From Chlorokybus atmophyticus (Eukaryota; Plantae; Mesostigma and Chlorokybus algae), in the NCBI GenBank assembly GCA_009103225.1, contig RHPI01000249.1:30730-94729 (forward strand): DNA of 64,000 nt, read 5' to 3'. A program made the position numbers and the translations under genes. The notes under the pieces were generated by a model that saw only the letters and a list, made by a program, of their open reading frames with translations, was not told the origin of the DNA and searched no databases. Positions 61,660-64,000 of the stretch are shown piece by piece. The first letter of the stretch is position 1. Each line of letters opens with the position of its first letter.

Positions 61660-61862
61660 GGTAGAGTAGGCTGGGAGCTTGAGCTTGTTCGTCTCGCACA
61701 GCCTGGCCTGTGGTCTGGCCTAATTGAGCGTCCGTCCTGCGCCAACAGCCGTTCGATCAACTCTTTGGGTTGAAGAGTCTACTCATCATCATTGTGGTGT
61801 GCCACGTGGCGCTCGCTGCTTGCGGTTGCGCTGCCGCCTCCACCTCCGCCTCTGGCTCCGGT
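61660..61862. promoter_or_regulatory. Shared bidirectional promoter/5' UTR region between SRX and the PUB/UBX gene
   Basis: Divergent start codons only 203 bp apart. Confidence 0.7.
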
Positions 61863-63922
61863 ATGGACGACCTGAAGGAGAAGCTCAAGGGTATCTCCTT
61901 CAAGGGCCTGACGAACCCTTTCAAGAAGGACCCCGCCGCCTCCGCCTTCAAGGGGACAGGACACAAGCTGGGCAACGCCTCGAGCACATCAAGTAGGCCG
62001 ACAACGACAACTACAACACCATCATCGTCTTCGTCGACATCAAGGTCAAGGCCTACATCAGCTGCGGCCTCCTCCAGACTCTCTGCTGCCCCACCACCAC
62101 CATCATCAACACCAACAACACCATCGTCGTTTACACCGTCATCAACTGCCACTTCCACTACCACAACCACCTCATCAGCAACAACAACAACAACAACAAC
62201 ATCATCCACAACAGAGGAGTTTGATGGTTTCCAGGCTCATTTTGGACGCGCCGGGTCCAAAAAGCCACCCAATGACTGGGCACAACAACCACAAGCAGAT
62301 GCAGAACAACGCGTCTTACAACCCCAACAAGATGGTTTGAGCGAGGATGTGGAGTGCGCGATAGCGTTGCTGCGGTCAGCTGATGATGTAGGAGATGGTG
62401 GTAGTGTTGGGACGATGGTGAAGCTGCTGAGCAATGTCGTGGACAATCCTGGCGTGGACAAGTACCGGAGACTGCGGCTGGGCAACCCCGCCATCGCGGC
62501 GGCCGTAGTCAACACGCCTGGCGGACTCGACCTCATACAGGTATAGTGGCACATCGGACAGATGTGCGCATGTTGTGGCACGCGCGTGCACGCACAGATG
62601 CACGCTTACATGCGTGTGCATGCACATGCACTTACCGACACACACGTGCACACACAAGCGCGCACGCGCATGGACACAGGCACACACGCGCATACATGCA
62701 TGCACGCACGCGTGCGCACGCATACATGTGCACCCGCACTCGCGTAAAGCTTCAACGCAGATGATACGGGCAAATGACACGCGCGATGTGTGTTGTGCCG
62801 AATGTCTGTGTTTCACGCAAGCAGTGTACACACACAGTTGGCAGATCAACCAACAGCACATCCACATGGCTAACTCTCTCTCACGCAGGCAGTCGGCTTC
62901 GAGTTGTCATTTGAAGAGGAGGAGGGCTGGGCCACGATGACGGAGGAACCCAACGCAGAGCAGGTCGCGATCGTGCGGGCGGTCGTAAACGCGCTGCAGC
63001 CGGCCACAACATCGCCGTCGTCATCATCAGCAGAAAACGCAAACGCCAAGGTGAAAGCAGAGTGTTGTCGTGCGTGCGTGCGTGCGTGCCTCGTGCCTCG
63101 AGTCTCAACGAGTCCGTTCGCTGTTGTCGACCCGTGTGCATGTGAACAGGTTGGTGGCGATGCACGCGCAGTGCTGGGAGGGAGATCCGATGCGAACGGT
63201 CATGATGTTGGCGTTCCCCCGGCATCAAACCAACCCAAAGCACCCCCTGTGAAGTTGCAAGATCGGCAGGTTGACACGCACGCAAGCACACCTCTCGTGT
63301 GTCATGTGTACGGCAGTGTGCATGCGTGTCCGTGTGCACATCCGCACACGTGCACGAGCAAAAATGCGTGCCATTGCATGCACACGCGTGCCAAAACAGG
63401 CTGTTATCAAACAGCATCCCCACGCGCGTGCCGTTTGGCTGTAGGTTGCTGTGTTTTTGCCGTCGAGCTCAGAAGCTGCGTCGAGCATGCAGCTGCCGGA
63501 CTGGTTCTATGATCGGTCATCCACGGACGTAAGCACGCGCGCACACGCACACACGTACAGACATGCGCATGCAAGCTTGGCTGCCTCACCGCATATAGGC
63601 ATGGCCGATTGCACGTTGTGTGTACATGTGGAGCATCCTCACTCCCTCAGGTTGTCGCGGACATGAAAGCGGCCGAGCGCAAGCGCGACAACGACAAGGT
63701 GAGTGGTTGGTTTCCACATACACACGTTACCATCATCATGTTGTCTCCACCCACCAACTCGTGTGTCACGCGCAGGTGTTGACGACGCGCGCGTTCAAGG
63801 AGAAGCTGTCGCAAGCGCAGTCGCGCGCGTACAGGCTGGCCCTCGTGCGCGTGCGCTTCCCCGACGGGCTCGTGTTGCAGGGAGCTTTCCTACCAGCAGA
63901 ACCCATCACACACCTATTCGAG
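61863..63922 (+). CDS. PUB- and UBX-domain protein (plant PUX2-like p97/CDC48 adaptor), continuing beyond the window
   Basis: Six phase-0 exons: 61863-62540, 62889-63050, 63150-63269, 63445-63528, 63651-63698, 63776-63922. MDDLKEKLKG...FKGTGHKLG; PUB KLLSNVVDNPGVDKYRRLRLGNP...AVGF; UBX VRVRFPDGLVLQGAF. Confidence 0.92.
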
Positions 63923-64000
63923 GTGAGACCCACCACACCCCACGTGTGGGGATGTGTAGTGTGTACGTGTGCACTCGACACACAACACGTGTCGTTCATG

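Overview
Eukaryotic genomic DNA from the green lineage. A streptophyte (charophyte-type) alga is my inference, based on a plastid-targeted sulfiredoxin, a PUX2-like gene, an Osser/copia-type PBS, a chromovirus and a DNMT-bearing Ty3 element. The species cannot be determined from the sequence. Layout: (i) 1-7.2 kb holds a decayed TRIM37-like gene (RING, B-box, coiled coil, MATH) with a partial tandem duplication. (ii) About 7.3-46 kb is a nest of transposons: three Ty1/copia copies, L1-type ORF1 remnants, a family of non-autonomous TIR elements, a pogo-like MITE, a complete chromodomain Ty3 element (LTRs about 96.6% identical, TSD CTTTC), a large Ty3 element with a C5 cytosine methyltransferase domain between protease and RT, and a hAT remnant. 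(iii) 48-64 kb holds host genes: a RanBP2-zinc-finger gene with a NEK-type C-terminus, TFIIB, sulfiredoxin and a PUB/UBX protein. Most notable: three unrelated DNA-methyltransferase-type modules lie within about 13 kb. These are the DNMT domain in the Ty3 polyprotein, an intronless phage/bacterial-type C5 MTase pseudogene directly followed by a PHD-finger remnant, and a Dam-like (NPPF) remnant inside the chromovirus. The integrase of the DNMT-Ty3 is split at one exact codon into two oppositely oriented pieces 26 kb apart, suggesting an inversion. All homology calls come from motif recognition by eye; no searches were run.
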